Notes under the pieces: model-generated
Told to the model about the DNA's origin: nothing
Databases searched by the model: none
What the model saw: the letters and a program-made list of their open reading frames with translations, nothing else
NCBI GenBank assembly: GCA_963667015.2
Contig: CAXXJJ010000004.1
Span: 1,728,001-1,792,000 of the forward strand
Reading direction: 5' to 3'
Source: Desulfatiglandales bacterium
GTDB lineage: Bacteria; Desulfobacterota; DSM-4660; Desulfatiglandales; HGW-15
DNA: 64,000 bases
Program-made: the position numbers and the translations under genes
In this document: positions 20,445 through 31,300 of the stretch, piece by piece
How the letters are laid out: every line of letters starts with the position of its first letter
Numbering within the stretch: position 1 is the stretch's first letter

Positions 20445-21312
20445 GAGAATGGTAAACATGGAAACTACTGTGCCCTCGGAGACAATTATGAGGAACAGTG
20501 TTCAAAGTTCACCGATCAGAGTTATTTCGGTCACCAGTGGAAAAGGCGGCGTTGGTAAAACCAGTATAACTGCGAACCTTGCAGTGGCATTTCAGAAGTT
20601 GAATAAAAGGGTACTCATACTGGATGCAGATCTCGGCCTTGCCAACATGGATATAATGCTCGGGATAAACCCGAGATATACAATAAGTAATGTTCTGAGC
20701 GGTGAAAAGAGCCTTGAAGATGTAATTGTAGATACCCCTGCCGGATTTAAACTTCTTCCGGCGGCATCAGGAATGCAGGAACTGACAGAACTCGATGAAA
20801 ACCAGAAACGATTTCTGCTCAGCGAACTTGATGCTATTCATGAAGAATTTGATATAATTCTGATTGACACAAGCGCCGGGATATCATCAAATGTAATGTA
20901 TTTTAATTTTGCGGCAATGGAGAGGCTGGTAGTTCTTACTAATGAACCCACTTCTCTAACTGATGCCTATGCACTGATAAAGGTGCTTATAAACTCATAT
21001 AACCAGAAGAGATTCAATGTACTTATCAATCTGGTTCGTGACGGTAATGAAGCGGATCGTATATTCCGCAGCCTTAGCATTGCCGCTGATAAGTATCTTC
21101 AATCTCCATCACTGGATTATCTCGGATGGATACCATATGATAAAATGCTTCCAAAGGCCATAAGGAGGCAGAAACCATTAATTAATACCCATCCGAATAC
21201 GCCGGCAGCTAAAAGCATTATGGCCCTGGCTGAAAAGATACTTTTTAAGGAAGATGATCTTAATTTTGAAGGAGACATTAAGTTTTTCTGGCGCAGGTTG
21301 CTAAATTGCTAG
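20422..21312 (+). CDS. flhG: MinD-like ATPase FlhG/FleN
   Basis: N-terminal DQAAGLR; SGKGGVGKT; DADLGLAN; EPTSLTDAYALIK. Confidence 0.97.
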   Translation: MDQAAGLRRMVNMETTVPSETIMRNSVQSSPIRVISVTSGKGGVGKTSITANLAVAFQKLNKRVLILDADLGLANMDIMLGINPRYTISNVLSGEKSLEDVIVDTPAGFKLLPAASGMQELTELDENQKRFLLSELDAIHEEFDIILIDTSAGISSNVMYFNFAAMERLVVLTNEPTSLTDAYALIKVLINSYNQKRFNVLINLVRDGNEADRIFRSLSIAADKYLQSPSLDYLGWIPYDKMLPKAIRRQKPLINTHPNTPAAKSIMALAEKILFKEDDLNFEGDIKFFWRRLLNC

Positions 21313-21371
21313 GCCAGAATTTAGCCGGAATAGGATTAACAGAAAACTTTAAGAAAGCGAGGTACAGGGGA

Positions 21372-22160
21372 ATGCTCTCCCCTCAGGCATCTAAAAAATT
21401 GAAAAAATATACACAGTTGATACCTTCCAGATCAAATGGCATCAGTGCTGGTGAAAAGGAGGCTCTTGTCACAAAGTATGCCCCCCTTGTTAAGACAATC
21501 GCCGGAAGACTCGCCCTGAGACTGCCCCAGCATATAAGCCAGGATGATCTTACCAGCGCCGGACTAATGGGCCTGCTTGATGCTATTGACAAATTTGATA
21601 TTGAAAAGGGTGTGGAATTCAAATCATATGCAGAATTCCGTATCAAAGGCGCCATGATAGACGAATTACGTTCCATGGACTGGGTGCCCCGCTCGGTGCG
21701 GAAGAATTCAAAAATGCTGACAGAAGCATACTCCAGGGTTGAAAACAGGGAAATGCGCCCGGCCCAGGACGAGGAGGTGGCAGCAGAACTTGGAATCGAG
21801 ATGGAGGCATTCTACAAACTTCTGGATGAATCAAGGGGTATCAGCATATTCAATGAGTATGATATGCAGATCCATAACACAACCGCCGAGAGCGAGTCGG
21901 ATGATTCATCCTTCGAAATTGGATTTGACCAGTCACCCCTGCAATCCCTCAAAAAAACCGAACTCGTTCATGTTATAGCCGGTGCAATAGACAGGCTTCC
22001 AAAGAACGAGCGTACTGCAGTCTCACTATATTATTATGAAGAGCTCACGATGAAGGAGATAGGGGAAGTAATGGGATATACGGAATCACGTGTATCTCAG
22101 CTTCATACAAAGGCCGTACTAAGGCTTAAAAATAGCCTTAAAAATTATTTTGAAAAATAG
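21372..22160 (+). CDS. fliA: Flagellar sigma factor FliA (sigma28); ORF extends to 21306
   Basis: YAEFRIKGAMIDELRSMDWVPRSVR; YYEELTMKEIG.V.G.TESRVSQLH. Confidence 0.97.
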   Translation: MLSPQASKKLKKYTQLIPSRSNGISAGEKEALVTKYAPLVKTIAGRLALRLPQHISQDDLTSAGLMGLLDAIDKFDIEKGVEFKSYAEFRIKGAMIDELRSMDWVPRSVRKNSKMLTEAYSRVENREMRPAQDEEVAAELGIEMEAFYKLLDESRGISIFNEYDMQIHNTTAESESDDSSFEIGFDQSPLQSLKKTELVHVIAGAIDRLPKNERTAVSLYYYEELTMKEIGEVMGYTESRVSQLHTKAVLRLKNSLKNYFEK

Positions 22161-22162
22161 CA

Positions 22163-22696
22163 ATGCCAGAAGAGATCAAAGAAGATGAAGCTCCAGAGGA
22201 GGAGCTGAATGAAGACGACACTTCCGCCAGCAAGGAAAAAAAACCGGCGAAGGTAAAAAAGTCCGGGAATAAAAAATGGATTTTTCTAATTATCCTGGGA
22301 ATACTGCTGGCAATATCAGGCCTCGGGATAAAATATGCACCGAACCGATTGCCGTTTTTAACGAATAAAAAATTTAATAACACAGAAATCAATATTGACG
22401 AAGATAATCTGAGCGAAGAAATACTATCTCCTTTTTTTATTCCCCCCGGACCTTCAGATAACACCATACGGATTGATCTCTCAATAGTCTGGGATGGACT
22501 TGCATCGGTTCGATTCAAGAAAAAGGAACTGGGCATAAGAAAAATGATGTATGATAAATTTTATAACATGGCTGAACAAAACCAGGATCTGAATGAAAAA
22601 ATACCATATCTGGAAAATGAGGTAAGTTCAATGCTTAGAAGTACACTGGGAGTCCAAAACCTGGTTGTAAAGATAAAGGAAATCCGATACTTTTAA
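22163..22696 (+). CDS. Divergent FliL-like protein
   Basis: Acidic/basic N-terminus, one TM, L.PF.IP beta-rich domain resembling FliL; in the flagellar operon. Confidence 0.6.
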   Translation: MPEEIKEDEAPEEELNEDDTSASKEKKPAKVKKSGNKKWIFLIILGILLAISGLGIKYAPNRLPFLTNKKFNNTEINIDEDNLSEEILSPFFIPPGPSDNTIRIDLSIVWDGLASVRFKKKELGIRKMMYDKFYNMAEQNQDLNEKIPYLENEVSSMLRSTLGVQNLVVKIKEIRYF

Positions 22697-22744
22697 TAAG
22701 CAGGGCAGTATCTTCCCCTCCTTTTTAAAAGAAAGGAGATTAAA

Positions 22745-23017
22745 ATGAACGATTTTTCAAAAATAGACAGACCATTGGTGCCCTCAAATACTCCGGGAGG
22801 GGTATGGAGAATTGAAAAAAAAAGAAAGGCCAGAGATAAAAAAAACAAACAGCAAAATAAATCTGGCACAGAACAAAAACCCAGAGAAGAAGATGATTCG
22901 GTTTTAGTAGATATAGAATACGACAGAGATAATGACAGGGAGTGTGAAGATCAGATGGGATACGGACTTAAAAAGAAAAAAAAATCTCTGTGCACCAGGG
23001 TTGATCTTAAAATATAG
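22745..23017 (+). CDS. Hypothetical flagellar-operon protein
   Basis: AAGGAG SD; charged protein ending VDLKI. Confidence 0.65.
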   Translation: MNDFSKIDRPLVPSNTPGGVWRIEKKRKARDKKNKQQNKSGTEQKPREEDDSVLVDIEYDRDNDRECEDQMGYGLKKKKKSLCTRVDLKI

Positions 23018-23022
23018 CAACT

Positions 23023-23508
23023 ATGGAAATACAGACATGGGTAATAGGGCAGACTGCAATTGAGGTCATAATTATTTTCCTTCTTTTGTGGTTTATAAAA
23101 AGCCATCTTGCAATGCGGAAGAAAAATACCGATTTAAGTGCTGTATTTGAAAAGCCGGAGCAGATACTTGCTGAAATGAGAGAACTGACCAGACAACTTG
23201 ATAAAAACCTGGAAGAGAAAAAGGAAATAAGCAATAAAATGCTTGGGCAGCTTGATGATATTCTCGACAAAGCCGACAGGACATATAATCAACTGCAGGG
23301 CATTATAAAGGAATACAGTTCCAGGCCTGTTAATTCCTACAATCCGGAACAGGATTCCCGAAGGGTACGTACATCAGTTAACGATCTCCTTAAAAAAGGG
23401 CTCTCAAAACAGGAAATCGCCCGGCAACTTGGAATATCAGTAGGTGAAATAGAGCTTCTGGTTAAACTGCAGAACAGGCAGATCGGGAATACTGTCAATA
23501 ATCTGTAA
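23023..23508 (+). CDS. TM-coiled coil-HTH-like protein (DUF2802/DUF6115/SwrB-like)
   Basis: N-terminal TM, coiled coil, C-terminal GLS..EIAR.LGIS.GEIELL; follows fliA. Confidence 0.7.
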   Translation: MEIQTWVIGQTAIEVIIIFLLLWFIKSHLAMRKKNTDLSAVFEKPEQILAEMRELTRQLDKNLEEKKEISNKMLGQLDDILDKADRTYNQLQGIIKEYSSRPVNSYNPEQDSRRVRTSVNDLLKKGLSKQEIARQLGISVGEIELLVKLQNRQIGNTVNNL

Positions 23509-23526
23509 AAAGGGAGCCCTGATTAA

Positions 23527-24597
23527 ATGCTCCGACCCATCCAAACCAATAATCCGATCAAAGCCGCACCTGAAGGTAAAAATAAAAAAATAGATATCCC
23601 TCTGAAACAGGGCGCTTTGATAAAGGGAACTGTAATTCAGAAACTGAAGAATGGAGATTTTATTATTTCTTCAGGAGGAAAAAGCTTCAGGGCTCAATCA
23701 TCGGTCCCGTTAAAAGATAATAAAAAATATGATTTTATTGTCCTTTCATCGAAAGACAAAATAGTGCTGAAGGTACTTGAGGCTGATAACAGGACTGCGG
23801 GAAATATAATAAAGCTCATCTCATCGGCAAATATTGTTGGACGCAAGGTTACCGATGCCCTCTCTGTGCTGGTCCACCCTCAATCCATTAAAAATCTTCC
23901 TTCACAGGCAAAGGTTCTGATAGCTAAACTCCAGGACATGGTGAATTTTCCTGTTTTCAAAAAGGACATCTCGGAGATTCTTCCATGGGTTATTAAAAAT
24001 ATCAAGGGAAGCGGCATCTTCTGGGAAGCAAAGGTTTTACAGCTGTTGACCGGTAAAAAAGCTGTTATGCCAAAGCAACTGGTGGATACAGACCTGAAGG
24101 GTTTACTCCTGAAACTGTTAAAAAACATCGAGAAAAACTCCGGCGATCAGGAAGGAATGAAGGATGTTGCGGTAAAAGTAAGGGAGGTACTGAACCATAT
24201 TGAACAGGAACAGATCATGAATATCAATACCATGAGAGAAGATCTTGGATGGTTCATGCATTTGCCCTTTATCAATGATGAAAATTTTTTATCCTCCGAA
24301 TTTTATGTAAAAGAGAATAAAGAAGGAGCCTTACATTTTTCATTATTTCTTGACATGAGCTTCACCGGTAAAATGAATATAGATGTGTCCATTATAAAAG
24401 ATACACTGGGAATACAGATCGATGTTGAGAAAGAAGAGACAAAAAATTTTATAATGGAAGGCATCAGCGAACTTGAATATGCATTCAGGGATCTGGGAAT
24501 AAATACAAGTAACATCCGCTGCGAAGTCAAGAAAGAGATACTTGTTTCCGAGACCATAGAAAAAGAATTTAATCCATCTGTGGATCTGTTAATTTAG
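23527..24597 (+). CDS. FliK-like protein (YlqG-type, paired with FlhX)
   Basis: SGIFWEAK, DLKG.LL and L.L.MS..G C-terminal domain ending VDLLI; directly upstream of an FlhB C-terminal homolog. Confidence 0.7.
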   Translation: MLRPIQTNNPIKAAPEGKNKKIDIPLKQGALIKGTVIQKLKNGDFIISSGGKSFRAQSSVPLKDNKKYDFIVLSSKDKIVLKVLEADNRTAGNIIKLISSANIVGRKVTDALSVLVHPQSIKNLPSQAKVLIAKLQDMVNFPVFKKDISEILPWVIKNIKGSGIFWEAKVLQLLTGKKAVMPKQLVDTDLKGLLLKLLKNIEKNSGDQEGMKDVAVKVREVLNHIEQEQIMNINTMREDLGWFMHLPFINDENFLSSEFYVKENKEGALHFSLFLDMSFTGKMNIDVSIIKDTLGIQIDVEKEETKNFIMEGISELEYAFRDLGINTSNIRCEVKKEILVSETIEKEFNPSVDLLI

Positions 24598-24607
24598 GCA
24601 TATTTCC

Positions 24608-24895
24608 ATGAAAGAAAAAAATAAAATAAAAAAGGCTGTTGCCCTCAAATATAAAAGCGGTGAAGACACTGCACCACGTTTAACAGCAAAGGGTACCGGC
24701 CTTATTGCAGAAAAGATCCTGGAACTCGCAGAAAAAGAAGGAATACCAATCACTGAAGATCCGGACCTGGTAACAGCCCTGGCCCAGCTTGATTTTTATG
24801 ACGAAATTTCCCCGGAGTTATACCACGCGGTTGCCGAAATACTTGCTTTTGCCTATCGTGTAAATAATAAAATGAAAAACAGCCGCAAAACCTGA
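24608..24895 (+). CDS. FlhB C-terminal homolog (FlhX/YlqH, EscU family)
   Basis: KAVALKY...APR..AKG.G..AEKI...A....IPI.ED..L...EI.PELY.AVAEILAF.Y. Confidence 0.92.
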   Translation: MKEKNKIKKAVALKYKSGEDTAPRLTAKGTGLIAEKILELAEKEGIPITEDPDLVTALAQLDFYDEISPELYHAVAEILAFAYRVNNKMKNSRKT

Positions 24896-25058
24896 TAATA
24901 AACTATTGGGATATAAATGGGCTGGCTTATAAAAAATATAATTTCTACGATTTATTTTCCATCCTGCCCTCTTAGACTTCGTTTAGGCTCTTTTTTAATT
25001 TTGGAGTTGGAATTTCAACTAACCTATCTTTATAAAAAATTGTAATTTTATTTTATTA

Positions 25059-25359
25059 CTTGAATTTTGCACGAAATCGTTCTGAAATGCATATAGGGTT
25101 CTATGAACCTCGTTATTACTGAGTTTTGAAAGGCTTAATATTTTCCATACTTTAACCAAGTAGGTTATGAAGTACAACTTTACAATTCTAAAAAGCTAGC
25201 CTGATAAGGCTTTTCAATGCCACCCGGAAAGCCAGTAAAATAGGGGCTCTTAAAACACAGTGTTTTTATGGTACGTTTAACCATTTGATAATTCGTTGAA
25301 ATTTACCCGTGCAAAAAATTTCTTGCACGGGATTTTATAAAAGTGGTGCAAAATTCAGG
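25059..25359. mobile_element. 301-bp MITE (non-autonomous IS derivative)
   Basis: 14-bp terminal inverted repeats CTTGAATTTTGCAC / GTGCAAAATTCAGG (13/14 match) flanked by 5-bp direct repeats TATTA (25054-58, 25360-64); no transposase. Confidence 0.8.
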
Positions 25360-25366
25360 TATTAAA

Positions 25367-28300
25367 TCACATTGGATAAACATATCCATAAATAAACTCA
25401 ATATCCATATCATCAGTTATATTTATAAAGGTAATATAATCATACTGACCGTCCTCAGAACTGTTATAGTCTATACTATCCCAATCAGGAGAGCCACCAT
25501 TAACAACTATATCTACTAAAAAATAGTAGCTATTAGTGCAATTATACTCCAATTGAATAGTATAATCTTCACCATCATTAACATTTACTACCCCCAAAGG
25601 ATTAACTTCCACGCAATTCTCCCCACCTTGTATAGTTGTCGTAATTATATGAGTATTAGCAGAATCATCATCACAAACATCTCCAACTCCATCTCCATCA
25701 GAATCAAGTTGGTCTGGATTAAAGTCATTCTGGCAATTATCAATTTCATCTGTAATACCATCATCGTCTGTATCAGCCGGAATCTCTGATAGAACAAGCC
25801 TAAATCCAATAAAATCATTCCGATAGTCTGGGCTAAGGCTACTATGAACTGCAGAACGACAAACTCCTGGGGACCCCCCAAAAGCGCCGCCACGCACTAC
25901 ACGCATTGATCCTGAAATTGGGCCAGTCGGATCAGACACTGCTTCAGATGTATAAACATCGTACCAGTCCTGTACCCACTCCCAAACATTTCCATGCATG
26001 TCGTATAAACCCCAAGTATTTGGCTTTTTCTGTGCGACAGGATGAGTTTGTCCATCTGAGTTTAAGGCGTACCATCCTATCGCATCAAGGTTTGGGTCAT
26101 AACCATATGGATCCATAATTTCACCGTTAGCAAAAGCTCTTGTGTTTCCGGCTCTAGCTGCATACTCCCATTCCGCCTCGGTTGGCAAACGGTAAATACC
26201 TTCTTCAAGCTTATTCAATTCCGTGATAAAGTTCTGTATATCATTCCATGTAACCCACTCAATTGGACAATCATCTCCGCAGGATAAAAAATAAGATGGG
26301 TTGTTACCCACAACTGCCCTCCACTGCCCCTGAGTTACTTCAGTTGTCTGAATAAAATAGTTATTTGTCAAAGTCACCTGATGCTGCGTTTCATTATCAT
26401 ATCTTCCTAGTTCGCCTTCAGGACTTCCCATCATGAATGTACCAGCCGGTATTTGGTTGAAAGTCATTCCCAGAGAATTGGTAAAGGTATCTTGTTCAAT
26501 AGAAACATAAACTGATACCTCTTCTGACAATTCGGATTCACTATTATCTGCATCAATAGACGACACCCTGTAATAGTAGGTCCAGCCAGGTATGACACCT
26601 GTATGACTGAATTCAGTATTAGATGTGTTTCCTGCATATTCGCTGTCTTTGGTTACACCTGATTCAGTTCCCCAATATAGGTTGTATGATAGAGCCATAG
26701 ACACTGGATCCCATGTTATCCAGTTCCATTCGTTTGTGTTTTCATATGAAGCAGAAAGATTAATTGGAGATGAGCCAATGCTTGATCTATAAAGTTCCTG
26801 GATTTCAGCTTCAGAAAGAGCACGATTGTAGATACGGATATCGTCGATTTTGCCGCTAAAAGGGTATTCACCTTCACTACTACGATCCGGATTATAGCCT
26901 GCATACAAATTACCGATAGAATTTGCTATGTTACCAACTCTTTCATTACTTGCGTCTTCAATACCATCTATATATATTTTTTGCTCATTACCATCATATA
27001 CCAGAATAATGTGGGTCCATTTATTAAGATCAATCGTACTATTAGAAGGTAGTACAGTGTCGCTGCAACAATGTAAATAGAATCTTAATCTTCTTTCTGA
27101 AAGGTAAAAAATCTGTTTATCTTCCTGGCCATTTACCCATTTATTAAGAATTCTACCCGCTTGCACTTTATCGGGGTTTATCCATAGCGAAAATGTGCAA
27201 CTATCTGTAAAATTAAAATCTGTTGAATTACCAAAATTTATAAAATCTTTTATCCCATCAAAGGCGTATGCACTACTGGAATCACCAAACCTGTCTACAG
27301 TTAAAACTGCTCCACTAACTTCACCATTATTTCCATTCCCACTTTCATCGTTGGCGTTACCATTAAAAGGATAATAGGCAACAAGGCCAGCATCTAAATC
27401 AGAACCACATCCTTCATCTATCTCACCATCGCAATTATTGTCTATACCATCACCACATATTTCAGTTGCAGAAGGATTAATTTCAGCATTGTCATCATCC
27501 AAATCTGGACCACCTACCTGATATCCATCGTAGCCGTCACCATCTACATCAGTAAGATCAATTCCATTGCAATCTTGGTCTATTCCGTCATATGGAATTT
27601 CCACTGCGCCTGGATAGATAGTTGGGTCATTATCATCAAAATCACCTTCTGCGTGAGAATAACCATCAGCATCTATGTCAATTGAAGTCCCCTGAATATA
27701 TAATTCTTGAATTTCATTGTATGAAAGATCTCGGTTATAAATTTTTATTTCATCTAATAACCCTGTAAAGAAATAACCACCGATTAAATTTTCAGCAGAA
27801 TCCATACCAATGAATAGATCACTTGTAGTATCGGGATTTGTTGAAGGGAAATTAGATATCTCTCCTTCTAAAAACCCATCAATATATAAACTTACTGCTT
27901 CATTATATTTATTGTATTTTAATAGAATATGGTGCCATGTATTCAGTGCGATAATCCCATTTGAAGTAATTTCAGGATCATCAGGTCCCACAGATTGATA
28001 ATACGTAAATTTTCCATAGTCATCGTAGGTTTCACCACCAATCATACAAAACCATCCATTTTGAATACCTTTATCTCTTTTTGCCAATAAAGAATCGGCA
28101 TTGGAGGTATTATACTTAGTTTCGTTTACCCACAAACTGATTGTGAAATTAGTATCATTTAGTCTTAATGTTTGTGTGTCTTGAATTACAATATGATCAT
28201 CAACCCCATCAAAACTTGCAGCTTGGTCGTTCACACCATTTACATAACTCACACCACCATATTCGGTCCCATCATTTCCATTACCGCTTTCATCATTGGC

Positions 28301-31300
28301 ATTACCATTGAATGGATAATAGGCTACAAGGCCATCATTCAGATCTATTGGCACATATACTGACACTTCTTCAGAGAGTTCCGATTCATTGCCATCAGCA
28401 TCAACAGATGAAACCCTGTAATAGTATGTCCAGTCTGGCACTACTCCTGTATGACTGAACTCCGTATCAGATGTGTTTCCTGCATATTCGCTGTCTTTAG
28501 TGACTCCGGATTCAGTACCCCAGTAGAGGTTATATGATACTGCTCCGGGAACTTCACGCCAAGTAATCCAGTTCCATTCGTTAGTATTGTCATATGAAGC
28601 AAAAATATTGATTGGTGCTGGCCCCATACTTGAAGTATAGAGTTCTTCAATTTCTTCTTCTGAAAGGGCTCGATTGTAAATACGGGTATCGTCGATAAAT
28701 CCATCAAAATAATAATCGTACATATCTGATGAATCCTTACCAATATACAGATCATTTGCAGTTTGTGGGTTAGGCGAAGGAATATTAGTTGCTATTGAGT
28801 CAAAAACGCCATCAATATAAATTTCAATTGTTTCACTAACATTTTTATAAATAAGCGTAACATGGTGCCAATTATTAAGGCTAATCCCCTGTTGAGAAGT
28901 CGCATAAGGATCTGTCCCACTAGATACTCTATATAGAACACGCCCATCAGGGGCAACCACGTTAATCTCTCCAGTGATAGAGAATATCCACCCGTTTAAA
29001 CTTCCATTTCCTCGTTTATATAAAATAGCATCTGAGTAGGATGGATTACGATTTTTTTCATATACCCAAGTACTAAGTGTGAAATCAGTATTTGACAAAC
29101 GTAACGATGGGGAGTCTAAAACAGTAATAAAATCATCCACTCCATCAAAACTCGCAGCTTGACCACTAACACCACTTATATAACTCATGCCGCCATATTC
29201 TATACCATCATTTCCATTTCCAGTCTCATCGATAGCGTTACCATCAAATGGGTAATAGGCGACAAGACCAGCGTTTAAATCTGGACCACAACCTTCATCA
29301 ATTTCGCCATCACAGTTATTGTCTATACCATCACCGCATAATTCAGGCGCACCTGGATAAGTGTTAATATCATTATCATCTAAATCTCCTGAAATAGATG
29401 ACAATTCATTAGCTAAATAATATCCATCTGGCTGTTCAATTTGGACAATACTCTGACCATCAGAGTAACCATCACCATCGTAATCTTTATACCAAATCTC
29501 GGCACATTCTATTTCAGTACAGAATTCAGACACTTCAATTTTAACAAAACCTTCAAATGGTCCAGGATTAAAAATGTAATAATCAGCAATTTCTTTTAAT
29601 GCATAATATTTATCTGGAAGTGAAATGATTTGTAAGATTGTCCCTAAACCATTTTCCCAGATAACTGATCCACTTTCGCCAAAAGCAGCAATAAATTTTT
29701 GTTCTATTACTTCATGCCCAACTTCATCAGCGACATTTTTTATAAATGTTAAATATCCACTCATAGCACTAATATATTCACGATTAATAAGATAGCCTGT
29801 TGCAGTATCAAGGTCACTTACAAGGTTAGATTCATTAGCAACATCAATAAGTAGACCAATAAATTCTTTAGTTGGTTCAAATGTATATACGTCCTCAAGT
29901 TTCCTGCCAAAAATCCCTCTTAAAATAACATCAACAGCCGTAAGAGACATGGCACCTACATTTGATCTATTTAGATCAAGCTGGTAATGTTGATCTTTCC
30001 CAATCAGGATATTATCATCGATATTTAGAACGCCGAATGGTGGCAAATAATAGACTTCGGCATTGCCTATTGCTCCCAATTCATCAAAGTTTGGAGTTAC
30101 CATATACCAGCATCCAGATGCACTCAGTAATCTTAAATTTAACCTCAAACCATTAGTTTCTGAACTTACAGCCCTTGATGAAAATACAAATTTATTGCTT
30201 GCATCATATGAGATTGTTGTATCAAAGACACAAAAGGTTTCAGGCGAATCACTCCCCGAACAATTTTCATCTATTCCATTTTCACAGATCTCCATTGCTC
30301 CCGGATAAACATCTGGATTAGTGTCATCACAATCCACTGCTTCTGTATGATTATCAAAATCATTGTCCGGACTAATGGTAAACTGCAACCAATCACTCGC
30401 TTGTGTCCAATTATCATCATTGTTTTTTTCTCTAGCCCAAACAGCCCACGAGTATTCCTCGCTAGGAGTGAAATCAGACCAACTCACTATCGTTTCATCA
30501 ATAAAAGAATCTTGATCACACATATTGACGAAAACATTTTCTTCGTTATCCGTAATCACCATACAATATTCAACATCACCTCCGATTGGATCAAGAACCG
30601 GTTTCCACTTAAATAATAAATTATCTTTATCAAATCCTTGGTCACCATTTTGAGGAATAAGAAGCTCTGGCTTCATTTGAGCAAATGAAATTCCATTGGA
30701 ATTAACCTTCACGTTTTCTGGAGTATTAGGCGCTAAATCTTTTACATCTGTAACCCCATCATTATCTTCATCAAGTGCAAAAGATTTCATCAAGCTATAT
30801 ACCGGATGGAACATGTCAGACACTTTAGCAATTCCATTCGGCCAGATCGTATTAGTAAACATGAGATGATGATACCCAGTTATAAGATACTCGTGATAAT
30901 TTCTGAATTCATCAACATTCTGATCCTGTGTTATCTGTGCACTATCTACTTTTACTACACCATCAGTAACTTTAGACCAATTCAACCAAAAGTCAGACAT
31001 GTCTCCTTCTAATGATTCAACTACACCATAAATATTATCGACGACTATTGGATAATTTTTATCTATCTGCCTTGAATTAAGTTCCTGTAAAAACATACTG
31101 GGTGGTAATAGATCGGTTGTGGATCTATAATTTTGTATCGAAGGTAAAAACTCGGCGATTACTGACAGTCCTGATAAGTAAGAACCATGGTTTGGTGTAG
31201 CAACCATCATTAATTTAGCAATATCATGTTCATAAGTAATTAGTGTATCACCCAGCCAATCAGCATCTGCCATGTTTACGAGATATGCCCTAGTTACTAA

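Noticed and set aside
661..24557. Many antisense or overlapping ORFs in the track (e.g. 3116-3967, 6239-7108, 18254-18736)
   Set aside because: They are shadow frames of well-supported flagellar genes and show no recognisable motifs.
25793..26487. FGE-sulfatase (CLec-fold) domain as a diversity-generating retroelement target
   Set aside because: No reverse transcriptase and no second copy differing at adenines (template repeat) is visible in the window, and the domain is not C-terminal. A remote DGR cannot be excluded without a genome search.
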